Shown here piece after piece: positions 39,580 to 49,193 of a DNA stretch of 64,000 nucleotides. Position numbers and translations under genes: made by a program. The notes beneath the pieces were generated by a model. It did not search any database and was not told the DNA's origin. It was given only the letters and a program-made list of their open reading frames with translations. Position 1 is the first letter of the stretch, and each line of letters starts with the position of its first letter. The stretch is from Patescibacteria group bacterium. GTDB taxonomy: Bacteria > Patescibacteriota > Minisyncoccia > Phycocordibacterales > Phycocordibacteraceae. The stretch spans positions 99,399-163,398 of the forward strand of contig JACDGK010000002.1 in assembly GCA_013815345.1 (NCBI GenBank). The letters run 5' to 3'.

Positions 39580-42500
39580 TTAGAAAACAGGAGTATCGTT
39601 GAATAAACTAGGAGTAGGTGAAAGTGTTGACGGCAACCATTCTCGCGTATCTTCTGCCAGCAAGTTTCCTGAAACAGCGTGGAAAATCATAAAGGGATCT
39701 TTCACTCCCTCAGCTGATTCGATATTTAATTCAGCACTCGGGTCAACATTTTTTATATATTCATTGGCGAGAATTACCCGGGCGGTACTATCACCGCCAT
39801 GGACAAAAAGATGTCCCTGCGGATCTTGATATATTCCCACGTGAATATCAGTGATTTTTCCTCCCTTATCTAGATTATCTTGTATAGCGTGCGATGCCCG
39901 CTCCAAGTAACTAGACAAAACTTCGTGGTCTTTCGGTCCGATTCCAGATTCTCGCAATACCGAAAACATTTCTTGTCTAAAAATATCTGCTTCGCTATTA
40001 GGAATTGCCGCAGGGTGGTTAAAAATATTTGAAGCATCGTATCCCTTTGTATGCTCCCACATCGGACTATGGGTAAGGTTTTGTATAGGTTCTGGAGCAT
40101 TTTCTGCAAGATGTGCGGACACTTCAGCAGGCGGTGGAGTAACACTCGCAGTTTCAGAGGGATGTGATTCCGGGGATGGCGTGACTTCTGCAGGATGAGC
40201 AGGGGCTTGAGGTGCCGCTGGTGGCGTTTCTGGAGGTGGTGACTGCTCAGCGGATGGAGGGGTATTCGCAGCTTCCGCGGCTCCCGAATCAGAAGGATGA
40301 TCGTATTGAGAATGGTCAGGAGTTGGATATGATTCCGCAGCGGGCGGAGCGGACGAGTCAGAAGGAGTTTCAGAATGTTCTATCGATGCATGAGGAGGAG
40401 GTGCCTGTTCACCAGTAACATGCTGATACGCCTCTGCATGCTGTTTTACAAGAGCTTCATATTCTGAGCTGTGAGGATCTACATTTCGGATCCGATCTAA
40501 ATCGATCTCTGGTTTAGCTGCAGCAACGGGCGATGTCTCCGCAACAGGCTCGTGTGTAGGAGCAGATTCATGAGCAGGAGTGGCTGGGTGTGCAGCAACT
40601 TCGTGTGCATGCGGCAAATGCCAGGTTTTTGGATCTGCTACATTAAAGGAAACTTCTCCGGTCTTTGCGTCGGGAGCGCTCACCAATACGTGATGCATTT
40701 CTGGATGTCCTGGACGATCGAGCACGATTTCTCCGTGGTCGTTAAGTTTTATGGTATCTCCAGGATGCATGACCGTACTTCCATGATCGGTTTCAAAGTG
40801 CAATAAACCGGAAGAATGGTCCTCCCCTTGCAAAACACCCGTGCCATCTTTTGAACCAAGCATTTCAAAAAGCTTTTGTACAGCAGGCGGCGGAGTCGTA
40901 TGCGAAGCAAGATAATCCTGATGCAATTTTTCCGCAAAATGTCCGAGCAACTTGTCACCATCATTAATATTTGCCGTTCCGACATGTTCTCCGATAGAAA
41001 GACTTTCGGTAACCGGTTTAGGAGTCTCTCCAATCGCGTGGTGGGTTGCCTGAGGTATACCCTCATGAGCTTTTGCCACGTGGGCACCAGAATGAGCACC
41101 GGGATGATCAACGCCATGTGCTGGAGGATGAGACAGTATTGCCGCAGCATCTTCAACGCTTTTATTGTGAGCCAATTGACTCGCAATATGATGTATCTCA
41201 GGTGCGGTTAGCGAGGTAAATCCCATACCTCCCACAAGTGCAGTAATCATTCCAACTGCCTGCTCTCTCGCGATGCGAGTGTCTCGATTCCCCTTTTTAT
41301 ATGCTTCTTGTTGAGCTTTCAAATCCGATGCGTTAGAGATTTCTCTGCGGGCACTTGCTCGATATTCCTTGGTATTGGATTTACCGATTGTATGGCGATA
41401 GCCTATTTTGCCTAAGTACCCGGCTCCGGCGCCTACTGCTGTTCCCATAACTCCTCTTCCTGCATATAGTGCAAAAGTAAGCAATCCTCCACCTACCGAT
41501 ACCGGGGTAGCTCCAAGTGCAAGCGCCGTACCAATCGCGGCCGAAGAAACAATTTTTCCGGCACGAGCGTATTGCTTAATCCGCTCCTCTCTTTCAAGAC
41601 CTGTTAGTTTCTTTGCTCCAAAAAACTCTTGCGTTTTAAGAGCCAGTTTTCCTCCTCCTGAAAAAAGAGAATTGTATCCTTTTGCGAGGGCGAGCGGTGC
41701 ACTTTTTGACCAATTGATAGCTTTTCCTGTTAACGTCTTACCTCGTTCGTCCATTGCCTCACGTCTGGCATTTACACGAGTTTCCGTCGGTCGTATGATC
41801 GTGTCCCTTTTTCGAATAGCTAATGCCTCTAGTCTTTCTCGATCGGTAATCCCTTCTCCACTTGTCGCATCAGTAAGTGCCTTACTCCATGCTAAAACCG
41901 CTTCATTATATTTCTTAGAAGCGGTGAGTCTTCGTACCTTTACATAATGCTTATGAAAATCTTTCGCTTCTTCAAACGCTTCCTTTTCTGCCGCAAGCAT
42001 TGCATCGCGTTGGGCGGCAATATTAAACTTTTTTGCAAAAGTTTCCGCTCGCTCCTCACGCCGCCTCAATGTTTCTTTAGGAGATATCGAATGGCCTGGA
42101 AGCTTTGTTGGATCGATCGCACCAAGCCGGGTAAGTTCCTCAACACTATCTTTTAAGATCGCTCGAGTTTCTGCAGGGGTTTTTTCACTTTCTGATGCGG
42201 AAAGATTTGTAGTAACCAACTCCATACCTGGAATTCTTTTTGGGTCTTTTAGATCACTCAACAAAAGTTGTGAGTCTCTGGCGAATGGTGCGGATTCCTT
42301 CCCAGGTTCTTGCTTCTCCTCAGCGCTTGTTAATTCTTCTTCAGAAGCATTTGGCTTTTCAGGTATAACTTCTCCCGTAGATTCACTCGTTTTGGAAGAA
42401 GGCTGTGGTGAAGCAGACTTACTGGTTCGAGACGGGATAGCCGCCGTATGTTTTGCCTCCAGTTCATCAGCTTGAGCGAGCAGTTTTGCACGTTCTCCTC

Positions 42501-42855
42501 GCACCATGGATAGATTGGCTCGTTTTTTTAAATCTTTGATTTCGCTCTGATTCTCTTTTCGCAGATTTGCGGATTCTTTTAATGAACCGAGAGCTTCTGA
42601 CAGTTTTTCGGCCTTATTCTTTTTAAATTGATCTGCAACAGCCTGCTCAGCATCGAAAATCTTCTTGCTTTTTGTTTTAACTTTTTGAGCTTCCTGATCC
42701 TTGCGAACTTTGTGGTTTATAGAGCCAAATGCTGCGCTTACTTTGTTATCAAGTGAAGGATCACTGACAGCGTCAAATGAAGCAATCTCCTCAGGTGTAA
42801 GAGGTTTTTCTACTACCTGACTAAGACGAACTTTTGGAGGATTCTCAGGGGGCAT
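39580..42855 (-). CDS. large (1091 aa) coiled-coil, His-rich and Pro-rich membrane-associated protein of unknown function
   Basis: N-terminal K/E coiled-coil; Gly-rich hydrophobic region (AAIGTALALGATPVSVGGGLLTFALYAGRGVMGTAVGAGAGYLG); His-rich block (HPPAHGVDHPGAHSGAHVAKAHEG...); Pro-rich block (TPPSAEQSPPPETPPAAPQAPAHPAEVTPSP). Sits 11 nt downstream of the VirB4-like ATPase. Confidence 0.5.
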   Translation of the reverse strand: MPPENPPKVRLSQVVEKPLTPEEIASFDAVSDPSLDNKVSAAFGSINHKVRKDQEAQKVKTKSKKIFDAEQAVADQFKKNKAEKLSEALGSLKESANLRKENQSEIKDLKKRANLSMVRGERAKLLAQADELEAKHTAAIPSRTSKSASPQPSSKTSESTGEVIPEKPNASEEELTSAEEKQEPGKESAPFARDSQLLLSDLKDPKRIPGMELVTTNLSASESEKTPAETRAILKDSVEELTRLGAIDPTKLPGHSISPKETLRRREERAETFAKKFNIAAQRDAMLAAEKEAFEEAKDFHKHYVKVRRLTASKKYNEAVLAWSKALTDATSGEGITDRERLEALAIRKRDTIIRPTETRVNARREAMDERGKTLTGKAINWSKSAPLALAKGYNSLFSGGGKLALKTQEFFGAKKLTGLEREERIKQYARAGKIVSSAAIGTALALGATPVSVGGGLLTFALYAGRGVMGTAVGAGAGYLGKIGYRHTIGKSNTKEYRASARREISNASDLKAQQEAYKKGNRDTRIAREQAVGMITALVGGMGFTSLTAPEIHHIASQLAHNKSVEDAAAILSHPPAHGVDHPGAHSGAHVAKAHEGIPQATHHAIGETPKPVTESLSIGEHVGTANINDGDKLLGHFAEKLHQDYLASHTTPPPAVQKLFEMLGSKDGTGVLQGEDHSSGLLHFETDHGSTVMHPGDTIKLNDHGEIVLDRPGHPEMHHVLVSAPDAKTGEVSFNVADPKTWHLPHAHEVAAHPATPAHESAPTHEPVAETSPVAAAKPEIDLDRIRNVDPHSSEYEALVKQHAEAYQHVTGEQAPPPHASIEHSETPSDSSAPPAAESYPTPDHSQYDHPSDSGAAEAANTPPSAEQSPPPETPPAAPQAPAHPAEVTPSPESHPSETASVTPPPAEVSAHLAENAPEPIQNLTHSPMWEHTKGYDASNIFNHPAAIPNSEADIFRQEMFSVLRESGIGPKDHEVLSSYLERASHAIQDNLDKGGKITDIHVGIYQDPQGHLFVHGGDSTARVILANEYIKNVDPSAELNIESAEGVKDPFMIFHAVSGNLLAEDTREWLPSTLSPTPSLFNDTPVF

Positions 42856-42866
42856 ATATACGTATA

Positions 42867-45596
42867 TTATGACATGTATCGGGCACGAATGCTGTTTTCC
42901 ACTGTGGATCGGTCGCGACCATAGGTGAGGTAGGACAACTCACGCAAGTCATCTACTTGATCGGGTGTCCCTCTTAAGGGAGCTGTTGTTTTGATATTAA
43001 ATGGTTTTTGAGGCACACCGTCTGCAAGAATGCGCAGGTACGCGTTGTAGTTCTCTATGTTCACAAAGTCGAGCGCGGTAAACACTGGCGCGAATTGCTT
43101 TTCGAAAAATTCACCGTCTTCCTGACCAACTCGAAAGATAGCCATAGAGCCAACGTTGCCAAATACGGCATCCCGAATCCGTTCGTCGATCTGTGCAAGA
43201 AATTGATGGGCAACGGTAAGGGAAAGTTTGTATTTACGGGCTTCAGAAAGAATGGAGGGAATCGAGTCGGTCGTGATATTTTGGAATTCGTCTATATAAA
43301 GGTAGAAAGGCGGAAAGTCCTTTCCGGGAGAGTCAGCACGCGAAAGTGCCGCCATGAAAAGCTTGCCCACGAGAATGAGCCCGAGCAGATTCGCGTTGCG
43401 TTCTCCGAGGCGTCCCTTTGAGAGATTCACCAGCAAGATTTTTTTAGTATCGATAATGTTGCGAAAATTAAACGATGACTGCTGTTGACCAATGATCGGA
43501 CGCATGAAGTCGTTTGCCGTAAAGTCATCAAACTTATTGGTGATGTACGGCACGATGTTTTGAAGAGATGCTTCCCCTTCGGCTTTCGTAGCAATCTCTT
43601 GCCAGAATTGGTTCACGATCGGATTCATGCTTCGTGAAAGTTTCATGTTGCGGAATTCACTATTTGAGAGTACGCGCGCAATATCGAGCATCGTTGAACC
43701 GCTTGCTGGATCTTCCATCACGAGCAACGTGGCATTACGGAAATATTGTTCGAACGCTGGCCCCATGCTTTCAGGAGTGTCGCCATACAAGCGACGGAAG
43801 ATTGCAAGAATTTCATTTACAATAAACGTTTTCTGCTCCGGATGGGAAGGATCATATTCCAAAAGATTTAGCCCCAAAGGTCGATTGAGATACGCAGGGT
43901 CAAAGTAGATCACATCCTCATATCGCTCTGGCGGAACCGCTGCGAGGATATCGATAATGTCGTTGCCGTGTGGATCGATAAAACACGTTCCTTCTCCATT
44001 TCGAATATCCTGTATACAAAGATTCTTCAAAAATACCGATTTACCCGTTCCTGTCTGCCCTATCACATATAAATGGCGAAGTCGGTCAGCCGGCGCGAGA
44101 GTAACGGGCGTTTCCATACCACGGAATGTATTGGTACCGAGTAGCATGCCGTTTTTTGGAAGGTTGAGTGGAGCAGCTGAGGCGGTAAATCGTGACTGTT
44201 TGAGATGCGGCGACGACTCAATGCCTTTTGGCGGGAAGTGGTACATGGTCGTGAGCTCGCGAAGCGACAACGGCATTTCACTCGCGTGCGAAAGGAGCCG
44301 AAAAGAAAAATTATGAAAAAGTTCTCGTGCACCTCCTTTTTGCATGCGTTTGAAGGTGATTCTATTGCCGCGGGTATTCTCAAATTGGTTAAATGATGCC
44401 TCAAGCTCACCAAGTATCTGTGTCGCTCGCGTCGCGCTCTGGGAGGACACAACAAGACGAATGTTCGTTGCAACGACCGACGAAGCCATCTTTTTTTCTA
44501 CTGATTCGATAATGCTTTGGTCAGCATGCTCTCGGTGCAATTCCTTTTGCTTTACGATGAGCGACCCTGCTTCACGAAAGAATTCACCCGCAAGTGATTC
44601 AGGCATGGTAAGAGCTTTTGCTGTTTGTTGGCCTTCGCGGAGCGCTTCGAGCACGCGACGATAGTGCCGCACGTATCGGTCTCCTCGCGGCTCAATAATG
44701 ATTTGCAGTGCTGCTCCCTCACCATCTGCTTGAATTTTTGCAAAGGCATTGAGAACGGAGTTTAGCGGATCATAATCGAAGTCGTTGTAGTCTTTGAGCG
44801 GAAGAGGTGTGGGATGCGTAAGCTTGGCGGTCGAACCCATCGAATATCCATCAGCCACAAAGATATTATAGTCATTCGGTTGCGGCGTAATGTGTGCATG
44901 GGGAAATATTGCGAGAATTTGTTTTTCAAAAAGATCGCGACGGCTATTGGGCACTGACGCATAAAAAAGGAGATGGGAACGATCGACGGGCACCGCAAGT
45001 TCAAGAGCAAAATAGGCTGGCTCACCCGTATACGCTTCGCTTACCGAAAGCATGCCGGAATAGAACTGTTCCATCGCGGAAATCATTTCCTTAAGGGTCT
45101 TAGTTCTTCCCTCTTGATCCACGCCACTCGACTCAGGAAGCGCGATTTCATAAAGCGTCAAATGAAGCGCTTTCCAAGCGGGCTGATTTTCCGCCAAGCC
45201 CCGGAGCGGCATCCCAGCAATAAGATATTGGACAAGAAAACGATGAAAATCGTCCTCGAGATGCGGACTATTCAGTTTTTCAAGCACCGCAAATGCGTTT
45301 CGAATGCCCTTTTCTTGCATGATATTCCGCAGCTCGTCCATCGTCTCGTCATCATTTTCCGGGTCGAGATTCAGCGCGAGCTCTTGTGCTTGGTGTTCGG
45401 GCAGTTGGTATGAAGGCGCCAGTACTTCAGCCGCGTTTTGTCGGTGATGGATGATGCGTTCGTGCGCTACGAGCGAGCGAGGCTGTTCCTGTTTTAAGGA
45501 GCGCAACTCTTGTTCCTTTGACTCTACTTGCGCACGAAGGTACGCGAGCTCGTCCTCCGGCGTTGCGATGGAATGTACAGGTGACTCAAGGGCCAT
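42867..45596 (-). CDS. VirB4/TrbE/CagE-like type IV secretion ATPase homolog
   Basis: 909 aa with soluble N-terminal domain; C-terminal GQTGTGKSVF (Walker A), FIDPHGND (cf. VirB4 DPkGE), YLYIDEFQ (Walker B), TVAHQ. Confidence 0.6.
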   Translation of the reverse strand: MALESPVHSIATPEDELAYLRAQVESKEQELRSLKQEQPRSLVAHERIIHHRQNAAEVLAPSYQLPEHQAQELALNLDPENDDETMDELRNIMQEKGIRNAFAVLEKLNSPHLEDDFHRFLVQYLIAGMPLRGLAENQPAWKALHLTLYEIALPESSGVDQEGRTKTLKEMISAMEQFYSGMLSVSEAYTGEPAYFALELAVPVDRSHLLFYASVPNSRRDLFEKQILAIFPHAHITPQPNDYNIFVADGYSMGSTAKLTHPTPLPLKDYNDFDYDPLNSVLNAFAKIQADGEGAALQIIIEPRGDRYVRHYRRVLEALREGQQTAKALTMPESLAGEFFREAGSLIVKQKELHREHADQSIIESVEKKMASSVVATNIRLVVSSQSATRATQILGELEASFNQFENTRGNRITFKRMQKGGARELFHNFSFRLLSHASEMPLSLRELTTMYHFPPKGIESSPHLKQSRFTASAAPLNLPKNGMLLGTNTFRGMETPVTLAPADRLRHLYVIGQTGTGKSVFLKNLCIQDIRNGEGTCFIDPHGNDIIDILAAVPPERYEDVIYFDPAYLNRPLGLNLLEYDPSHPEQKTFIVNEILAIFRRLYGDTPESMGPAFEQYFRNATLLVMEDPASGSTMLDIARVLSNSEFRNMKLSRSMNPIVNQFWQEIATKAEGEASLQNIVPYITNKFDDFTANDFMRPIIGQQQSSFNFRNIIDTKKILLVNLSKGRLGERNANLLGLILVGKLFMAALSRADSPGKDFPPFYLYIDEFQNITTDSIPSILSEARKYKLSLTVAHQFLAQIDERIRDAVFGNVGSMAIFRVGQEDGEFFEKQFAPVFTALDFVNIENYNAYLRILADGVPQKPFNIKTTAPLRGTPDQVDDLRELSYLTYGRDRSTVENSIRARYMS

Positions 45597-45655
45597 TACT
45601 TTTATTATACCGCGCTATACAACATTAAAATCTCTTTTTGAAGCTCGGTGCGGAT

Positions 45656-45693
45656 AAAAAGAAAAACGGCATCATCCCTTCGGGATGATGCCG
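45656..45693 (-). terminator. rho-independent terminator after purC (11-bp stem CGGCATCATCC with UUCG tetraloop; T-run on minus strand)
   Basis: Plus strand aaaaagaaaaaCGGCATCATCCCttcgGGATGATGCCG. Confidence 0.7.
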
Positions 45694-45714
45694 CACGATA
45701 TGGCAGAGATGTCG

Positions 45715-46607
45715 TTAGGGGATTCGCTTGAGGTTTCTGTTCGCCCAGGTAACAAGACGCGGAATGGATCGTGCGAGGTGATCCGAACGTTCCGCTACCT
45801 CTTGGTAATTTCTCAACACCTCGTCGAGTTTGCTACCGTCCCGATATCCCTGTTTATCGACATACTTCCCCTTACGGATCAAACGCCAGGAATCGTTGTC
45901 AATAACGTCGGCGATATAGAGCCGGCCATCGGGGCCAATACCGAATTCGACCTTAAAGTCGACGAGTCGGTACCCAAGCTGCGCCCACGCGTACTCAAGA
46001 AGCAAGAAGGCGTGTTGGGCCAGGAGCGACATCTGTGAAAGAAGATTTACATCTGTAACTTTCTGGTATACCTGTTCATTTTCCAGACGGAGAAAATAGG
46101 TGCCCGGAGTAAATGGTTCGTCAGGGCGATAAAGATACACGCCATCATAGTGAACCTCTGCAAGAGGATCGTCGCGTGGCAAGTCGAAAACTCGTGTTCG
46201 GCTCGGATGTTCTTTGTCAAAACTTTTCCATTTGCGACCTTTGGTCTTCAAAAAGAATTCGACTTGAAGTTCCTTGAATCGCGTACCTCTCTTAACGCCG
46301 ACATGGCGCTTAAGGTAAGAGCCGTGAGCTTCTCGCCGCGTGACCACTTCCCACAGAAGCATTCTGCATCGTGGAGCAGTGAAGGAATTCTCGGCGTCCT
46401 GCTCGTAAAAGGCGACTGGGAGATGACACTCTTTCAGAAGACGAAATGCATTCGAGGTCGTTTGCGTTGAAAGAGTCGCTTTTCCCTTGAGTTGATCGTG
46501 TTTTTGCCGTCGCCCGCAGTGATGTCGTCCTTTGAGCTTGCTCGAATAGTAGTACAGTCGAGAAGAAGGATTTGTTTTGTCTTGCCTTCGATCAAAATTC
46601 GATTCAT
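45715..46607 (-). CDS. purC: phosphoribosylaminoimidazole-succinocarboxamide synthase, apparent -1 frameshift
   Basis: Frame 1 from ATG 46607 (RBS GGAGG) gives MNRILIEGKTKQILLLDCTTIRASSKDDITAGDGKNTI then goes out of frame. The PurC-like sequence continues in another frame (LKGKATLSTQTTSNAFRLLKECHLPVAFY...EVVTRREAHGSYLKR...LVDFKVEFG...ADVIDNDSWRL). The junction at about 46480..46500 lies in an A-rich tract. Confidence 0.7.
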
Positions 46608-46718
46608 CTTCAACCTCCAGATTCTAGAATTAGTACTTAGAATAGTGGCCTTTTCAAAGACCAGTCTGGGTTGGACTATACCACGCTGCGCGAGGCGTCG
46701 CTATTAAGTGTAAGTGGG

Positions 46719-47054
46719 TTATGACTTCTTAATGCCGAGATGGAAAAGGGCATTAATAAGCGAAAGTACTATCGAGAAAAAGAAGGCCGCCCAGAAACCA
46801 GAAACACCGAAGCCGGGAACAAAAAATCCGAGAAGCATAATAATGAGGGCATTTACGATGAGCGAGAAAATACCAAGCGTGAGAATGTTGAGTGGTAGTG
46901 TTAAAAGAGTAATAACCGGTTTTATAAACACATTGATGAGGCCGAGTACCACTGCCAAGACAACAGCACCAATAAGCGTGACGTGCACACCGGGTACGAG
47001 ATATGCCGCAATAAGAATTGCGACGATGAGAACAAGCCAATGGATGAGAGTCAT
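46719..47054 (-). CDS. DUF360 / phage-holin-4_2 family membrane protein
   Basis: 111 aa; LINVFIKPVITLLTLPLNILTLGIFSLIVNALII...FFVPGFGVSGFWAAFFFSIVLSLIN matches the PF04020 pattern. The overlapping plus-strand ORF 46714..47265 is rejected. Confidence 0.7.
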   Translation of the reverse strand: MTLIHWLVLIVAILIAAYLVPGVHVTLIGAVVLAVVLGLINVFIKPVITLLTLPLNILTLGIFSLIVNALIIMLLGFFVPGFGVSGFWAAFFFSIVLSLINALFHLGIKKS

Positions 47055-47069
47055 AGAGAGTGTAATTAG

Positions 47070-47582
47070 TTACGCAATACCGAGAAATTTCCCAATCACT
47101 ACGCCTAGAATAATAGCGATGCCTCCGATAACCACCATGCGAATCGTGCTTCGCAGCGGACTGACTTTGGATATCTTACCCTGCGCATACCCCAGAATAG
47201 CGAGCAGTATGATCGATAGTACTATGGAGGTGAAAATACCTGAAGCAATTGGAAAGAAAAGATAGGGTAGGATGAGTCCGAAGCCGGAGAGTATAAAGGA
47301 AAAAAACATTGCTATGGCTCCGAAAAGCGGTCCATTATCTTTCACATGAGTGCCCGTTTCATATTCTTGCGCCGAATGCTCTGAAAGATAGCTACCGGCG
47401 GCCATTGAAAATCCTCCCACAAAAAGGTACACCACTCCTGTGAGAAGGATTTGGGTTGCGCTCGACTTTCCTATTGCTATGCCGGCAAGTAGCCCTACGG
47501 TGGAGACAAGGCTATCTTCGGCGCCGAATATTATATTACGCAAGTAGAGCGAAGTGCGTTTTGAGTATGAAGTATCAGTCAT
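47070..47582 (-). CDS. VIT1/CCC1 family putative Fe/Mn transporter
   Basis: IIFGAEDSLVSTVGLLAGIAIG matches the VIT family FGA.DG.VST..LvaG motif; 170 aa. Confidence 0.65.
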   Translation of the reverse strand: MTDTSYSKRTSLYLRNIIFGAEDSLVSTVGLLAGIAIGKSSATQILLTGVVYLFVGGFSMAAGSYLSEHSAQEYETGTHVKDNGPLFGAIAMFFSFILSGFGLILPYLFFPIASGIFTSIVLSIILLAILGYAQGKISKVSPLRSTIRMVVIGGIAIILGVVIGKFLGIA

Positions 47583-47591
47583 AAAACGAAT

Positions 47592-48638
47592 TTAAGGGTG
47601 TAAGAAAAAGGCAATCGCCATAATACCATACGCTGCTAAAAGCTGAGCGCCCTCGAGCCAAGTACTCTCTCCATCCTCGATGACTGCATTTGTGATCCAA
47701 ACAGCAACCACTAACGAGACGAGCTCGAAAAGAGTAAAAACAAGATTCAGGTGAATTGGGAAGAAGAGACTCGCAAGCACCAGGAGCGGCGCTGCAAGCA
47801 TTGCTATTTGAATAGCTGATCCGAGCGCTATGGAAAGCGCGAGATCCATGCGGTCTCGCACGGCTGCCTGTATTGCGGATACATGCTCAGCCACATTTCC
47901 AACAATCGCGATGAATATGACGCCAATAAAAAGCTGTGTCCATCCGAGCTGCGCGACGAGCGGTGTAATAGTCCCCACCAGCAAATCGCTCATTACTGCA
48001 ACCGCTATCGTCGCAAATGCCAATATAAAAATACTTTCCTTTATCTTCCCTTTGGGAACAATAAGATCTTCTTCTGATCGATACAAATGCTTGTGCGTAT
48101 GCAGTGTAAAGAAAAGATGCCCGAAGTAGGCGACGATCATTATAAGCGCAATAATCACCGAAAGACTGAGGGATGTTGGTGCTGACAGATTGGGTGAGGT
48201 TGCTTCAAACACTGCCGGAATGGCAAACGCTATAATCGCAAGAATAAGCATGGATGCACTTGCCTTTGCCGCCGTCGCATTGAAATATTGGCGTTCGCGC
48301 TTTATACCACCAAAGAAAAGTGCCATACCGAGCACGAGCAAAAGATTTCCTAGGATTGAGCCTACAATAGAAGCTTTTACTATTTCAATAAGACCTGCAT
48401 GGAGAGCAAAGATACCGATGATAAGTTCGGTCGCGTTGCCGAATGTCGCGTTCATGAGCCCCCCAACAGCCGGTGTCGTATGCAATGCTATTTCCTCCGT
48501 TGCGTCGCCGATGTACTTGGCAAGAGGAACGATAGCAAGGGCTGAAAGAATAAAGAGCAGGAGCGGCGACACATGAAAATACGCCGCGAGCAACACGAGC
48601 GGCGGCAGTACCAAAAGTACCTGAAATATTCTATTCAC
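47592..48638 (-). CDS. Ca2+/cation antiporter (CaCA/CAX family)
   Basis: Two alpha-repeats, GNATELIIGIFAL and GNVAEHVSAIQAA; 348 aa polytopic. Confidence 0.8.
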   Translation of the reverse strand: MNRIFQVLLVLPPLVLLAAYFHVSPLLLFILSALAIVPLAKYIGDATEEIALHTTPAVGGLMNATFGNATELIIGIFALHAGLIEIVKASIVGSILGNLLLVLGMALFFGGIKRERQYFNATAAKASASMLILAIIAFAIPAVFEATSPNLSAPTSLSLSVIIALIMIVAYFGHLFFTLHTHKHLYRSEEDLIVPKGKIKESIFILAFATIAVAVMSDLLVGTITPLVAQLGWTQLFIGVIFIAIVGNVAEHVSAIQAAVRDRMDLALSIALGSAIQIAMLAAPLLVLASLFFPIHLNLVFTLFELVSLVVAVWITNAVIEDGESTWLEGAQLLAAYGIMAIAFFLHP

Positions 48639-48678
48639 TTAGAAAGTATAGCAGGTATACTAAAGACACCTCCTTTCT

Positions 48679-49185
48679 ATGGATCCAGTAAAACCTGCCC
48701 CAATAATTTCTTTCGAAGAGTTCTCCGCGTTACGTGATGGCCTAAGCAAAATTGTGTGCACGTCGGGCGGTTTCGATCCCATTCATCCGGGACATATGTC
48801 ATGCATTCAAGAATCCAAGCAATTCGGCGATACGCTCGTCGTGATTGTAAACGGTGATGATTTTTTAAAAAGAAAGAAAGGGAAGGCATTTATGGATCTC
48901 GACACCCGGTGTAAAGTTGTTTCCTACATCCGAGGCGCTGACTATATTATTCCATTTGAAATTGAAAATGATCATACGGTTTCTATAGCGTTAGAGAAAA
49001 TTCGCCCTCATGTATTTACAAAAGGAGGTGATCGAGTCGATGAATCGAGCATTCCTGAATGGGAAACCTGCCAAAAGTATGGCATCGAGGTTATTTCTGG
49101 TATTGGACTCGATAAACTTTGGGACAGTTCTAACTTCCTGAATGAGTGGGGAGAATTCTGGACGGCAAAACCGAAGCCTGAGTAA
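48679..49185 (+). CDS. cytidylyltransferase-like nucleotidyltransferase (RfaE domain II / TagD-like)
   Basis: CTSGGFDPIHPGHMSCIQESKQFGDTLVVIVNGDDFLKRKKG is the HxGH nucleotidyltransferase signature. Confidence 0.7.
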   Translation: MDPVKPAPIISFEEFSALRDGLSKIVCTSGGFDPIHPGHMSCIQESKQFGDTLVVIVNGDDFLKRKKGKAFMDLDTRCKVVSYIRGADYIIPFEIENDHTVSIALEKIRPHVFTKGGDRVDESSIPEWETCQKYGIEVISGIGLDKLWDSSNFLNEWGEFWTAKPKPE

Positions 49186-49193
49186 TAAAGAAG

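Noticed and set aside
46714-47265. 183-aa plus-strand ORF overlapping the DUF360 and VIT genes
   Set aside because: Antisense to two minus-strand ORFs with clear membrane-protein family signatures; low-complexity basic translation.
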